Part shown: positions 1 through 9,037 of the stretch, piece after piece | Layout: every line of letters starts with the position of its first letter | Position numbering within the stretch: the stretch's first letter is position 1 | Assembly: GCA_037441905.1 (NCBI GenBank) | Contig: JBBIRF010000012.1 | Span: 1 to 62,704, forward strand | Source: Candidatus Aminicenantes bacterium | GTDB lineage: Bacteria > Acidobacteriota > Aminicenantia > Aminicenantales > CALLJL01 | Length of the DNA stretch: 62,704 bases | Direction of reading: 5' to 3' | The notes under the pieces: generated by a model | Seen by the model: only the letters and a program-made list of their open reading frames with translations | Told to the model about the DNA's origin: nothing | The model's database searches: none | Program-made: the position numbers and the translations under genes

Positions 1-719
1 TCATAAACGGCTTTTTTCTCTCCCTTAGAATAAACAATAAGCTTCTTTTCGAGCTTATCGACGATAATCGCCAGGTTACCTTGAGTCCTGCACAAAGTCA
101 CCGTCTCCGCGACCCATTTCTCCCACTGCCTGACGTAGTCCTCGTCGATATACCGGTCAAACAGACTAAACATGATTCGCCGGGCGCTTAAAACGGGTTC
201 CTTGGCTGAAGCCAGGGCTTTTTTTGCCGCCGAAAAATTTTCCTGGGAGATGAACCGGGCCGCTTCCTCCAAGGCCATCTCGGCTCGACTGAGCCTCTGC
301 CTGATATGAGTGCTTTCGTTAATAGCCGCGCTTATTGACCGTAGCCTGCTTACAAGGCTTTCCAGCTCTTTTAATTCCAGCTCAAGCGCCGTCTTTTGTT
401 CCTCTTTTCTTTCCTCAACCATCCTCAGCACCATCTCGCCTTGTTTAATAACCTCGGCATATTTGTCTCTTACTCTATCCATCTTCCGGAAGAGCGGCCA
501 ACGGGAAGCTTCGCGCCATTCATGAATCCGGGCTTGCCGGAAAGCCTGACGAAAGGACTCGTATTCTGTCGGAGCAAAAACTGAAGCGCCGGCCCTCCAG
601 AGGCGGCTTTCAATCTCCTTAGCTTTCTCCGCCTCCGGAAGGACCGGCGCTTGTTGGCAACTTGTCAGCGCCAGGATGACAGCTGCGGCTAAGGTCGCTC
701 TTATCCTCTCGCGCCGCAC
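1..719 (-). CDS. Putative L,D-transpeptidase (YkuD-like) lipoprotein with N-terminal helical region; runs off the window start
   Basis: Manual minus-strand translation from GTG at 719: MRRERIRATLAAAVILALTSC (lipobox), a coiled-coil-like region, then ...GNLAIIVDKLEKKLIVYSKGEKKAVY, typical of the first strands of a YkuD domain. Absent from the ORF track because no stop lies inside the window. Confidence 0.65.
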   Translation of the reverse strand, partial: MRRERIRATLAAAVILALTSCQQAPVLPEAEKAKEIESRLWRAGASVFAPTEYESFRQAFRQARIHEWREASRWPLFRKMDRVRDKYAEVIKQGEMVLRMVEERKEEQKTALELELKELESLVSRLRSISAAINESTHIRQRLSRAEMALEEAARFISQENFSAAKKALASAKEPVLSARRIMFSLFDRYIDEDYVRQWEKWVAETVTLCRTQGNLAIIVDKLEKKLIVYSKGEKKAVY

Positions 720-754
720 GACAACTGGAATCTCGCTCAGGAATTACTTCGACT

Positions 755-1333
755 TTATTTTTTCTTCTGGACTTTTTCGATGGCCTGCTTTATCTGCTCG
801 GAGATAGAAGCAGCCTTGTCCTTAATGGCCACAGCCTTATCCTTGGCTCCGAAGAAATCGCCCTTATCAATAGCCGCCTGAATCTCAGGGAAGGAATCTT
901 CCAGGCCCTTGAGGTCGGCTGTAAAGGCTTCGATATCGGCTTTGGTCCCTTTGCCTTTAGGGGCCTTCTCCAGAAGAGCTTTGGCCTCGTCCAAGGCGGT
1001 CCTGGCCTCACCCTGAGCAGCCACCGCTGCGTTCTTGGCTTCTTCTTTCTTGGCCGGGATAGTGGCCTTCAGAGCATCGGCATCGGCGGCAACTTTAATC
1101 AACATTTCCTTGGCTTGTTTGTATTTCTTAGCTGTAACCTGGTCAAGGGCCGCCTGCAGGTCGTCATTCAGCTTCTTGAACTCGTCGGCCGCATAAACAT
1201 CAGCCCCTTCAGCCTTGCAGGCCTCGACAGCCGCTTTCGCCGCGTCCATCTGCTGCTGGGGCGGCTTGGCGCATCCAGCCATGATGAACGCTAAGAATAA
1301 GCCCATCATCCAGAAAATTGCTGTTTTTCTCAT
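755..1333 (-). CDS. DUF4398-like helical lipoprotein
   Basis: Lipobox MAGC, then AKPPQQQMDAAKAAVEACKAEGADVYAADEF; Ala/Lys-rich helical protein; RBS AAGGAGGT. Confidence 0.75.
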   Translation of the reverse strand: MRKTAIFWMMGLFLAFIMAGCAKPPQQQMDAAKAAVEACKAEGADVYAADEFKKLNDDLQAALDQVTAKKYKQAKEMLIKVAADADALKATIPAKKEEAKNAAVAAQGEARTALDEAKALLEKAPKGKGTKADIEAFTADLKGLEDSFPEIQAAIDKGDFFGAKDKAVAIKDKAASISEQIKQAIEKVQKKK

Positions 1334-1372
1334 TTCTTACCTCCTTTTTAACACCTGAAATACCACTCGTCT

Positions 1373-1414
1373 TCAAGACGATCCCCAAAAGCTTCCAGGA
1401 ACCGCCTCGCCCAT
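1373..1414 (-). CDS. Candidate 13-aa upstream micro-ORF (MGEAVPGSFWGSS)
   Basis: Near-perfect SD AAAGGAGGTGA just before ATG at 1414; TGA at 1375-1373. Confidence 0.35.
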   Translation of the reverse strand: MGEAVPGSFWGSS

Positions 1415-1432
1415 TCTCACCTCCTTTCTCTG

Positions 1433-1550
1433 GAGATTGCCCTTCCCGGGCATCTTCGTCTCGTAAGGAAAACCTGCGGCGGGAAAATTAAGGTGGCGCG
1501 ACACCATCCATCCCGCTGGATTTAGACTTAGGAGTCATTTTTTCCTCAGC
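1433..1550 (-). promoter_or_regulatory. Candidate structured 5' leader of the DUF4398/LDT genes
   Basis: Nested complementary segments: 1540-1546 with 1466-1472, 1511-1516 with 1479-1484, a GACT/AGTC hairpin, and a TGCCC-GGGAA-GGGCA hairpin (1438-1452). A TTGACA -35 box lies on the minus strand near 1610-1615. Confidence 0.35.
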
Positions 1551-1734
1551 CCAATCCAATCTCTTCATTCATTTTAGTTAGATGAATAACTATCACAAAT
1601 ATCTTTATTTGTCAAATAAAATCGGGCCTTGTTTTATCTCCAGTTTCTAAAAACTTGGAATAACGATTTTTTTAAAGCTTCACTTTTTTAAAAGGCATTT
1701 AAAAAAACTAACTGCGGCGAATTAAAAGTTTTTT

Positions 1735-3090
1735 TTATTTTTCGTCCGGGTCGACGATAAATTTCTCCCGCATCAGGAACTGGACTTGCTCCCGGGCTTG
1801 CCGGATCGTGTTTTCGGCCATCTTGTAGCGAACGTCAGCCGGCAATTTTATCCGGGCTACACCCTGCTCAATTCCCTTGGTACCAACGGCGACCGCTTCC
1901 CGCGGGAACACTTCCCATTCATCCATGTTCGGGATGATATACTCTTCATGAATTCCTTTGTCTTCAGCCACTTTGGCCAGCTCTTCGGCCGCCGCGATGC
2001 ACATCTCGTCGGTGATTGTCGTCGCCCGAATGTCAAGAGCGCCTCGGAAAATGCCCGGGAAACCGAGAGAGTTGTTGATCTGGTTGGGGAAGTCGGACCG
2101 CCCGGTAGCCACGATTCTGGCACCTGCTTCTTTGGCTTCCCACGGCCAGATCTCCGGCACCGGGTTGGCTTCAGCAAAAACAATCGCGTCCTTGGCCATC
2201 GAAGCCACCCATTCTTTCTTGATTGTCCCCGGGCCGGGCTTTGAAGCGGCAATCAGGACATCAGCCCCGCGCATGGCTTCCGGCACATCGCCCTTGATTC
2301 CTTCGGCGTTGGTCTTGAGGCAGAGCTCCCACTTCTCTTTATATTTTGTTTGCAGGGTTTCCCGGTCGCCTCTATCTTTGTGAAGAATGCCGCGCGAGTC
2401 AACGACCACAATGTTTCCTGGTGTCACCCCAGCGGCAATGATCAGACGAGCGATAGCGATATTAGCCGCGCCAGCCCCAACCAGGGCCACTTTTATATCC
2501 TTCAATTTTTTGCCGACAATTTTGACGGCGTTAATTAGCCCGGCTAAAGTAACGCACGCCGTTCCTTGCTGGTCATCATGCCAGACCGGAATCTCACACT
2601 CTCGGCGAAGCGTATCCAGGATATAAAAGCACTTGGGATGCGAAATATCTTCGAGGTTAACGCCACCAAAGCTTGGCTGCAGCCATTTTACCAGCTGGAT
2701 TATCTGGTCGGGGTCTTTGGTGCCGATACAAATCGGAAAAGCATCCACGCCGCCCAGGTACTTGTAAAGCAGCGCTTTACCTTCCATCACTGGCATCCCG
2801 GCTTCCGGGCCGATATCGCCAAGTCCCAGAACTCGTGAACCGTCGCTGACAACGGCGACAAAATTTCCTTTGTTCGTGTATTCATAGACTTTTTCCCGGT
2901 CCTTGGCAATTTCTTTGCAGGGGGCGGCCACTCCCGGGGTATACCAGATGGCAAAGTCGTCAAAGCTCTTTATCCGGCATTTGAGCGTTACCTGAACTTT
3001 GCCTCGATAGAAAGGATGGAGCCGCAGAGCATCTTTGGCTGGCTGCTCCGCTTTGGCCAGGAGCTCCTCGACAGTAGCCTTGGGTTTCAT
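1735..3090 (-). CDS. NAD(P)-dependent malic enzyme (short bacterial/archaeal type)
   Basis: [69 protein letters not shown]. Confidence 0.95.
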   Translation of the reverse strand: MKPKATVEELLAKAEQPAKDALRLHPFYRGKVQVTLKCRIKSFDDFAIWYTPGVAAPCKEIAKDREKVYEYTNKGNFVAVVSDGSRVLGLGDIGPEAGMPVMEGKALLYKYLGGVDAFPICIGTKDPDQIIQLVKWLQPSFGGVNLEDISHPKCFYILDTLRRECEIPVWHDDQQGTACVTLAGLINAVKIVGKKLKDIKVALVGAGAANIAIARLIIAAGVTPGNIVVVDSRGILHKDRGDRETLQTKYKEKWELCLKTNAEGIKGDVPEAMRGADVLIAASKPGPGTIKKEWVASMAKDAIVFAEANPVPEIWPWEAKEAGARIVATGRSDFPNQINNSLGFPGIFRGALDIRATTITDEMCIAAAEELAKVAEDKGIHEEYIIPNMDEWEVFPREAVAVGTKGIEQGVARIKLPADVRYKMAENTIRQAREQVQFLMREKFIVDPDEK

Positions 3091-3343
3091 TTTATTACCT
3101 CCTTATTAGACCCGATAAATTATAAGATGCTTAAGGATACCATTTCTGGCCAAAAAAGGAAAGCCTTTTAGAGCTAAAAAACGGATAATTTATATTTTCT
3201 CTATGGGAATACTATAGATACAGCCTGAACTCGCTCTTCTTTCGAACTAAATAAGTTCGTTGCGCTTCCAGGAGGTTTTTGGATTGGGCCGCAACGTAGA
3301 TGACAACTCAACGTGGGTTAAGCTTTCCAAAGGGAAAGCTTTT

Positions 3344-4198
3344 TCAGGAGCGATGCTGCGGAGAGAGGGAAACAACAAACTTATGCTTCTCTTTTTTTAC
3401 TTGGCTGAAAAAATGCTTCGGGTCGTGAACATAGGCTATCAGCCAGCCTTTTTCTGCCGCCAGGTCAAGCCATTTCCTCTTAGTGTTTAGAGTATCCACG
3501 GGGTAAAGGTCGTAGCTCATGATGTAAGGCAGGCCAACATGAGCCGCCGTCGGAATTAAATCGCCGGCGAAGAAAACGGTGTTGCCGGCGTCGCTTATTA
3601 CTACACTCTGATGATGAGCCGTGTGCCCTGGAGTCAGGACAATTCTAACTCCGGGAATAATTTCTACGTCTCCCTTAACCAGGACGACTCTTTCCGCGAG
3701 CGGCAGAAAGTTTTCGGCGAGATAACTCGCTCTGTCCCTTTCGTTGGGGTTAAGAGCTGCTTCCCATTCTCCCTGCTGAATAAAGTACCGGGCCCGCGGA
3801 AATGCGGGAACGACCTTCTCTTCCTCCACCTCGGTGTTAGACCCGCAATGGTCAAAATGAAGGTGGGTGTTGATGACAAAATCAACATCTTCTGGTAAAA
3901 CGCCTATCTCTCTCAGCGCTCCCTTTAAGCCAGGCTTGAGCTCAATAGCGTAGTGGTCATAAAACTTCGAGGGCAGTTTTGTCCCCAGACCTGTTTCGAC
4001 CAGGACAGTAGCTTCAGGCGAACGGACGAGCAACGAGTTGGTGGCCAGGCAAATGCGGTTGAGGCTGTCGGCCGGGACCTTCTTTTCCCAGAGCACCTTG
4101 GGCACGACGCCAAACATGGCGCCGCCGTCAAGATAGAAAAAACCTTCGCGCAGGGCGTAGATTTCGAATTTTCCGACGGTCAGGTGTTCGCGGCTCAT
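3344..4198 (-). CDS. MBL-fold metallo-hydrolase (YtnP-like)
   Basis: LDGGAMFGVVPK, THLHFDHCG (HxHxDH), PGHT, GDL; ATGA overlap with nuoI. Confidence 0.9.
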   Translation of the reverse strand: MSREHLTVGKFEIYALREGFFYLDGGAMFGVVPKVLWEKKVPADSLNRICLATNSLLVRSPEATVLVETGLGTKLPSKFYDHYAIELKPGLKGALREIGVLPEDVDFVINTHLHFDHCGSNTEVEEEKVVPAFPRARYFIQQGEWEAALNPNERDRASYLAENFLPLAERVVLVKGDVEIIPGVRIVLTPGHTAHHQSVVISDAGNTVFFAGDLIPTAAHVGLPYIMSYDLYPVDTLNTKRKWLDLAAEKGWLIAYVHDPKHFFSQVKKEKHKFVVSLSPQHRS

Positions 4199-4668
4199 CC
4201 CCGCAGCCGGTCGAGGTCATAGACCAGGTCTTCCCGGGAGTAGGTGGCCAGTTCGATTCGGCCCGTGTCCATCCTGATCGCATCCTCCGGGCACGCCTCG
4301 ACGCAGAACCCGCAGAAGCAACAGCGGCTGAGGTCGATGATAAACTTGGCCGGATATTTTTGAATCTCGGGGTCCTGGTCTTCGGCGGCTTCAATATAAA
4401 TGCACTCCGACGGGCAAACGGTGAGGCAAAGCATGCAGGCGACACAACGAGGCCGGCCATCCTCGCGAGTCATCATCCGGTGCAGGCTTCGATGGCGCGG
4501 CGCAATTGGCTTCTTTTCTTCCGGGTACTGAATCGTCACCGCACCCCGGCGCTTGGTTTTTATCCCTAACACCTTGAGGGTGTGGAACCACATGTTGACG
4601 AAGAAGTGCCGGGAAGTAATCCAGCTTCCCCGGAGAATCTCGAAGAAATAGCCAAGCGCCTTAATCAT
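4195..4668 (-). CDS. nuoI: NADH-quinone oxidoreductase subunit I
   Basis: TIQYPEEK, two 4Fe-4S motifs CVACMLCLTVCP and CCFCGFCVEACP; operon position. Confidence 0.95.
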   Translation of the reverse strand: MIKALGYFFEILRGSWITSRHFFVNMWFHTLKVLGIKTKRRGAVTIQYPEEKKPIAPRHRSLHRMMTREDGRPRCVACMLCLTVCPSECIYIEAAEDQDPEIQKYPAKFIIDLSRCCFCGFCVEACPEDAIRMDTGRIELATYSREDLVYDLDRLRG

Positions 4669-5744
4669 CGGATGACACTCATCACAAGCCCGGTAGCCAT
4701 GATATTCACCAGGCTCAAAGGAATTAAAAGCTTCCAGCCAAAATCCATTACCTGGTCATAACGAAACCGCGGATACGTCCAGCGGACCAGAATCTGAAAC
4801 CAGCAGAAGAAAAAGACTTTAAGATTAAAGGCAGCCACTTGAAGAATAACCACCAGCCAGCGCGGGACAGCCCAATCCCAACCCCAGGGGAAATGAAACC
4901 CGTCGGCCGCTAACCAGGGAACCTGCCAGCCGCCGAAAAAGAGAGTCGTGAGCAAACAGGAGACGATGATTATCTCCATGAAATCAGTCATCATGAACAT
5001 GCCCCACTTGAGGCCGCCGTATTCGGTGAAAAACCCGATGATCTCCGACTCTCCCTCGGGGAGGTCAAACGGAACTCGTTTGGTCTCGGCCAAGGCGGCG
5101 AACAGAAAGATAAAGAAAGCCAGAGGCTGGAGGAAAATGCCCCATTTTGGTAAGAAGCCAAAAAGAAGCTTTCCCTGCTCGAGGACAACCTCCCGTAAGC
5201 TGAGCGAGGGAAAAACCATGATGACGCCAACCAGCGATAAGCCCAGGGCGACTTCGTAGGAAATTAGCTGAGCTGCGCCACGCATGCCGCCCAGCAAGGT
5301 ATACCGGTTTCTCGAGGCCCAGCCGCTAAGAACAATCCCGTATATTCCAAGGGAAAGCATCGCCAGGACAAAAAGCAGGGCCACGTTGGCGTCAAAAATC
5401 TGCAGAGTGATGTCATGTCCCGCGACCCACACCGTATCGCCAAACGGCATGGCCGAAATGGTCACGGCGACGAAGAAAAAGCTCAGGAAGGGGGCCAAGG
5501 TGTGAAGGAAGCGGTTGGCAAAAGGCGGGACAAAATCCTCCTTAAAAATCATCTTGATAGCGTCGGCAAAGGGCTGAAACAGGCCGAGCACTCTCAACCC
5601 GAGGATAGAGGCCCGGTTAGCCCCGATACGGTCCTGGATAACAGCGCTCTCCTTCCGTTCAACCCAGGTAAGATAAAGGGTTAGGGTCAAGAACCAGACC
5701 AGAGCCAAGATTATTTTTATCAGGACAATCACTACTTCGGTCAT
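4665..5744 (-). CDS. nuoH: NADH-quinone oxidoreductase subunit H
   Basis: ERK...QDRIG, LFQPFADAIKMIFKED, RVPFDLPEGESE, PRFRYDQ. Start re-set to ATG 5744 (ATGA overlap with nuoG) instead of the 5870 in the ORF track. Confidence 0.95.
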   Translation of the reverse strand: MTEVVIVLIKIILALVWFLTLTLYLTWVERKESAVIQDRIGANRASILGLRVLGLFQPFADAIKMIFKEDFVPPFANRFLHTLAPFLSFFFVAVTISAMPFGDTVWVAGHDITLQIFDANVALLFVLAMLSLGIYGIVLSGWASRNRYTLLGGMRGAAQLISYEVALGLSLVGVIMVFPSLSLREVVLEQGKLLFGFLPKWGIFLQPLAFFIFLFAALAETKRVPFDLPEGESEIIGFFTEYGGLKWGMFMMTDFMEIIIVSCLLTTLFFGGWQVPWLAADGFHFPWGWDWAVPRWLVVILQVAAFNLKVFFFCWFQILVRWTYPRFRYDQVMDFGWKLLIPLSLVNIMATGLVMSVIR

Positions 5745-7297
5745 GGGTTCCGGCTTAAAATTGAAGTTTCTTCGGCCATCGCCTGATTGATGGCCCGGAT
5801 AGAGTTTAGAAGGCCAAAATAACGGAAATTGACCTTCGCCTGCTTGGCCAGCTCGACCAGCACTTTCCATTCAGGTAAACTTTCTCCCCAGAGAGGCAGT
5901 CCGGCTGAAAAACTCTGTGTCTTGCCGTCGACGTTCGTCATAGACCCTTCTTTTTCTGCCACCGGTGCGACGGGGAGGACAAAATCGACAACTGGGTCAA
6001 GCCTTGATTCATGAGAGGTAAAAAGCACCTTAGTTTCAATCTCAGCCGCCTCAGCCTGGAGCCATGATAAAGGCATAGCTTCAGGCAAATGAGAGGCAAA
6101 GATTAAAAGCAAGTCAATTTTTTCACCCCCGAGGTTCTCCAGCTTAGCCTCGACGTCAAACCCGACTGCCTTTGCCCCCCGGCGGTTGGGCGTTCTCTCG
6201 GGCGTCAGCAGCAAGTTGTCTCCTTTCTCCGGCGGCGGGTCGGAGAAAGCATACCGGCTAACCTTGAGCTCCTCGAGGAAAAGGCGTCTGAGCAAGAAAA
6301 ATTCCTCGTTAGTCAGAGCTGTCGTCAACAACAAAGCTATCCTTTCCGTTCGGTTTCTCACCTGGAGGCCGCGGATTTTTTCGCTCAGGATGATAAGAAC
6401 TTTGTCCCAGCTTAAGCGTACCTTCCGGCCGTTGCTTACCTGGTAAGGATAAGAAACTCTGTTCTCATCAAGATATTTATAAGAATAACGACCGAGGTCG
6501 CAAATCCAGTACTTGTTAATCTCCGGGTTTTCCCGGCTCCTCACCCTGTAGACTCGCTGTTTGAGCTCTACCCGCGGAAAACCTCGATGGGCTTCAATCG
6601 TGATATTGCAGCCGCGGCTGCAGAGCGGACAGACCGAAGGCCGGGCATCGAGGAACCAGGACCTTGTCTTGAACCTGAAATCGAGGTCGGTGATGGCGCC
6701 GACAGGGCAAATCTCAGCCAGGTTTCCGGAATAATTATTGTCAACGGGTTCACCATCATAAACGCCAATTTCCGAATGAAGCCCGCGCTCAAACACGCCC
6801 AGCTCGCCAGTGCCGGTAATTTCCAGCAAGAAACGCACGCAACGGGTGCAGAGAATGCATCTTTCCCGGTCGAGGATAAGCCGCTTGCCGATGGGGACTA
6901 ATTTGCTTCTTTTTTCTTTGGTTTCTCTGAACCGGCTTTCGAACAGGCCATAGGCCTCATAATAATCCTGAAGTTTACATTCTCCAGCCTTATCACAAAT
7001 CGGGCAATCCAGGGGATGTTCGGCCAGCAAAAACTCTAACACCGAGCGTCGGGCCTCTTTGACTTTTTCACTCTGAGTTCGCACCACCATGCCTTCGCGA
7101 ACAACTGTCGAGCAGGAAAGCTCGAGCTTCGGAGCGCCTTCAATCTCCACCAGACACAGACGGCAACTGCCTTCGGGCGGAAAAGCGGGGTGATAGCAGA
7201 GATGAGGGATATGAATTCCTGCCTGGCCGGCTGCTTTGAGGATAGTCGTCCCCTCGGCAACCTCGATTGTTTTGCCGTCAATAGTTATCTTCGGCAT
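5741..7297 (-). CDS. nuoG: NADH-quinone oxidoreductase subunit G (short, 518 aa)
   Basis: IPHLCYHP...GSCRLCLVE, HPLDCPICDKAGECKLQD, CILCTRCVRF, CPVGA, CPLCSRGC...C (N7-type). Confidence 0.9.
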   Translation of the reverse strand: MPKITIDGKTIEVAEGTTILKAAGQAGIHIPHLCYHPAFPPEGSCRLCLVEIEGAPKLELSCSTVVREGMVVRTQSEKVKEARRSVLEFLLAEHPLDCPICDKAGECKLQDYYEAYGLFESRFRETKEKRSKLVPIGKRLILDRERCILCTRCVRFLLEITGTGELGVFERGLHSEIGVYDGEPVDNNYSGNLAEICPVGAITDLDFRFKTRSWFLDARPSVCPLCSRGCNITIEAHRGFPRVELKQRVYRVRSRENPEINKYWICDLGRYSYKYLDENRVSYPYQVSNGRKVRLSWDKVLIILSEKIRGLQVRNRTERIALLLTTALTNEEFFLLRRLFLEELKVSRYAFSDPPPEKGDNLLLTPERTPNRRGAKAVGFDVEAKLENLGGEKIDLLLIFASHLPEAMPLSWLQAEAAEIETKVLFTSHESRLDPVVDFVLPVAPVAEKEGSMTNVDGKTQSFSAGLPLWGESLPEWKVLVELAKQAKVNFRYFGLLNSIRAINQAMAEETSILSRNP

Positions 7298-7320
7298 TCT
7301 TTTTTCCGCCTATTTTTATC

Positions 7321-8559
7321 TCAGCGCAAGGCCGCTTCGAGCTCCTCCCTGAATTTCTGGACTATGGCCAGGATGGGCATGGCGGCCGCATCGCCGAGCG
7401 GACAGAGCGTCCGGCCCTTAATCTGGCTGGCCAACCGCTCAATCTCGTCGACATCACCCTTTCTTCCCTCGCCCCTGGCCATCCGGCGAACAATTTTGTT
7501 TATCCACGATGTACCTATCCGGCATGGAGTACACTGGCCGCAGGATTCATGGGAATAAAACTTGGCTACTAACCGCAGAACTTCCAAAATCGGCGTCTGG
7601 TCGTCAAGGACAATAATAGCGCCTGAACCGAGCATCGACCCTGCCTTGGCCACCGACTCGCAATCCATCGGGACATCGATTTCTTCCGGAAGCAGGATAG
7701 GTGCTGACATACCGCCAGGAATGACTCCTTTGAGTTTCCGGCCGTTTTTCACCCCGCCGGCATATTCAAAGATTATCTTCCGGAGCGGCGTGCCGACCGG
7801 AAGCTCGTATATCCCGGGTCTTTCGACCATCCCGGAGACGCCAAACAGCCTGGTGCCGCCGTCCTTGGGCAGGCCAAGGCTTGTAAACCAGCTGGCGCCG
7901 TTCTTGATAATAAGAGGAACGGTAGAAATGGTCTCGACGTTGTTGATAACCGTTGGCATCTGGAAGAGCCCGACCGCAGCCGGAAAAGGAGGCTTCAGCC
8001 GCGGATGACCTCTTTTTCCCTCGAGGCTTTCGAGCAGGGCTGTTTCTTCCCCGCAGATATAAGCCCCGGCGCCGCGATGAACTACGACTTCCAGGTTGAA
8101 CCCGCTGCCAAAGATATTCTTTCCTAAGAACCCCTTTTCTCTGGCTTCGGAAATAGCCGCTTCCAGCCGCTGGGCAATTCTCTCATATTCCCCCCGAATA
8201 TAGATAAAAGCCAGGTTAATACCGACAGCATAAGAGGTGATAGTAATGCCTTCTAGGAGGAGATGGGGGTTGTGAGACATGATGAACCGGTCTTTAAAAG
8301 TCCCTGGCTCGCCCTCGTCAGCGTTGACGCAAAGGTATTTGGGTTTGTCCACCTTGGGGACAAAGCTCCACTTCATCCCGGCTGGAAAACCCGCGCCTCC
8401 CCGGCCTCGCAGAGAAGCTTTCTTGACTTCTTCGACTATCTCTTCAGGCTTCATTCTGAGGGCCTGCCGGGCTGCCTCATAACCACCTCTTTGGAGATAG
8501 GTATCAATCTGGTAGAGGTGGCTGACTTCAAAGTCCCGGCTCAAAACCTTCTCGTCCAC
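7321..8559 (-). CDS. nuoF: NADH-quinone oxidoreductase subunit F
   Basis: LRGRGGAGFPAGMKW, NADEGEPGTFKDR, GAGAYICGEETAL, ESCGQCTPCR. Confidence 0.97.
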   Translation of the reverse strand: MDEKVLSRDFEVSHLYQIDTYLQRGGYEAARQALRMKPEEIVEEVKKASLRGRGGAGFPAGMKWSFVPKVDKPKYLCVNADEGEPGTFKDRFIMSHNPHLLLEGITITSYAVGINLAFIYIRGEYERIAQRLEAAISEAREKGFLGKNIFGSGFNLEVVVHRGAGAYICGEETALLESLEGKRGHPRLKPPFPAAVGLFQMPTVINNVETISTVPLIIKNGASWFTSLGLPKDGGTRLFGVSGMVERPGIYELPVGTPLRKIIFEYAGGVKNGRKLKGVIPGGMSAPILLPEEIDVPMDCESVAKAGSMLGSGAIIVLDDQTPILEVLRLVAKFYSHESCGQCTPCRIGTSWINKIVRRMARGEGRKGDVDEIERLASQIKGRTLCPLGDAAAMPILAIVQKFREELEAALR

Positions 8560-8563
8560 TTCT

Positions 8564-9037
8564 CTATTCCAAAGAAGCTAATAATGCCTCAAGCTTGGGT
8601 TTATCCAATCGACCATAAAGGTCGTCGTTAACCATCAGACAAGGCGCCTGGTCGCAGGCTCCGAGACACTCGACTGTGGAAAGCGTAATCCGGCCGTCAG
8701 GCGTCGTCTCACCTGGTTCGATTCCCAGCTTTTCGCGGAGATAATCAAGAAGGGTCTGGCTGCCGTTAAGCGTACAACTGAGGTTCGAACAAACCTGAAG
8801 GTGGTATTTCCCCAGGGGTTTCTGACTGAACATCGTATAAAAGGTGACAACTTCCCGGACTCGAACCGGACGGACTCCGAGCACCTGGGCGACGAACTTT
8901 TCCCCTTCGGGTGAAATATAGCCCAATTTTCTCTGGACAAGATGCAGAGCTGGCAGGATGGCCGCCTCTTTCTTCGGATACCGGGCGGCGAGCGACTCGA
9001 CCTCTTGGCGCAGGGTTTCCCACGAAGGCATACTCAC
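8564..9037 (-). CDS. nuoE: NADH-quinone oxidoreductase subunit E
   Basis: VVTFYTMF, CSNLSC, ECLGACDQAP (2Fe-2S ligands). Confidence 0.95.
   Translation of the reverse strand: MSMPSWETLRQEVESLAARYPKKEAAILPALHLVQRKLGYISPEGEKFVAQVLGVRPVRVREVVTFYTMFSQKPLGKYHLQVCSNLSCTLNGSQTLLDYLREKLGIEPGETTPDGRITLSTVECLGACDQAPCLMVNDDLYGRLDKPKLEALLASLE

Noticed and set aside
1334-1620. c-di-AMP (ydaO) or c-di-GMP riboswitch call for the structured leader
   Set aside because: The context fits, but I could not find the conserved sequence blocks of either family; kept only as an unassigned candidate
5745-5870. N-terminal extension of NuoH in the ORF track
   Set aside because: It overlaps the nuoG end; ATG 5744 with an ATGA overlap gives a normal NuoH
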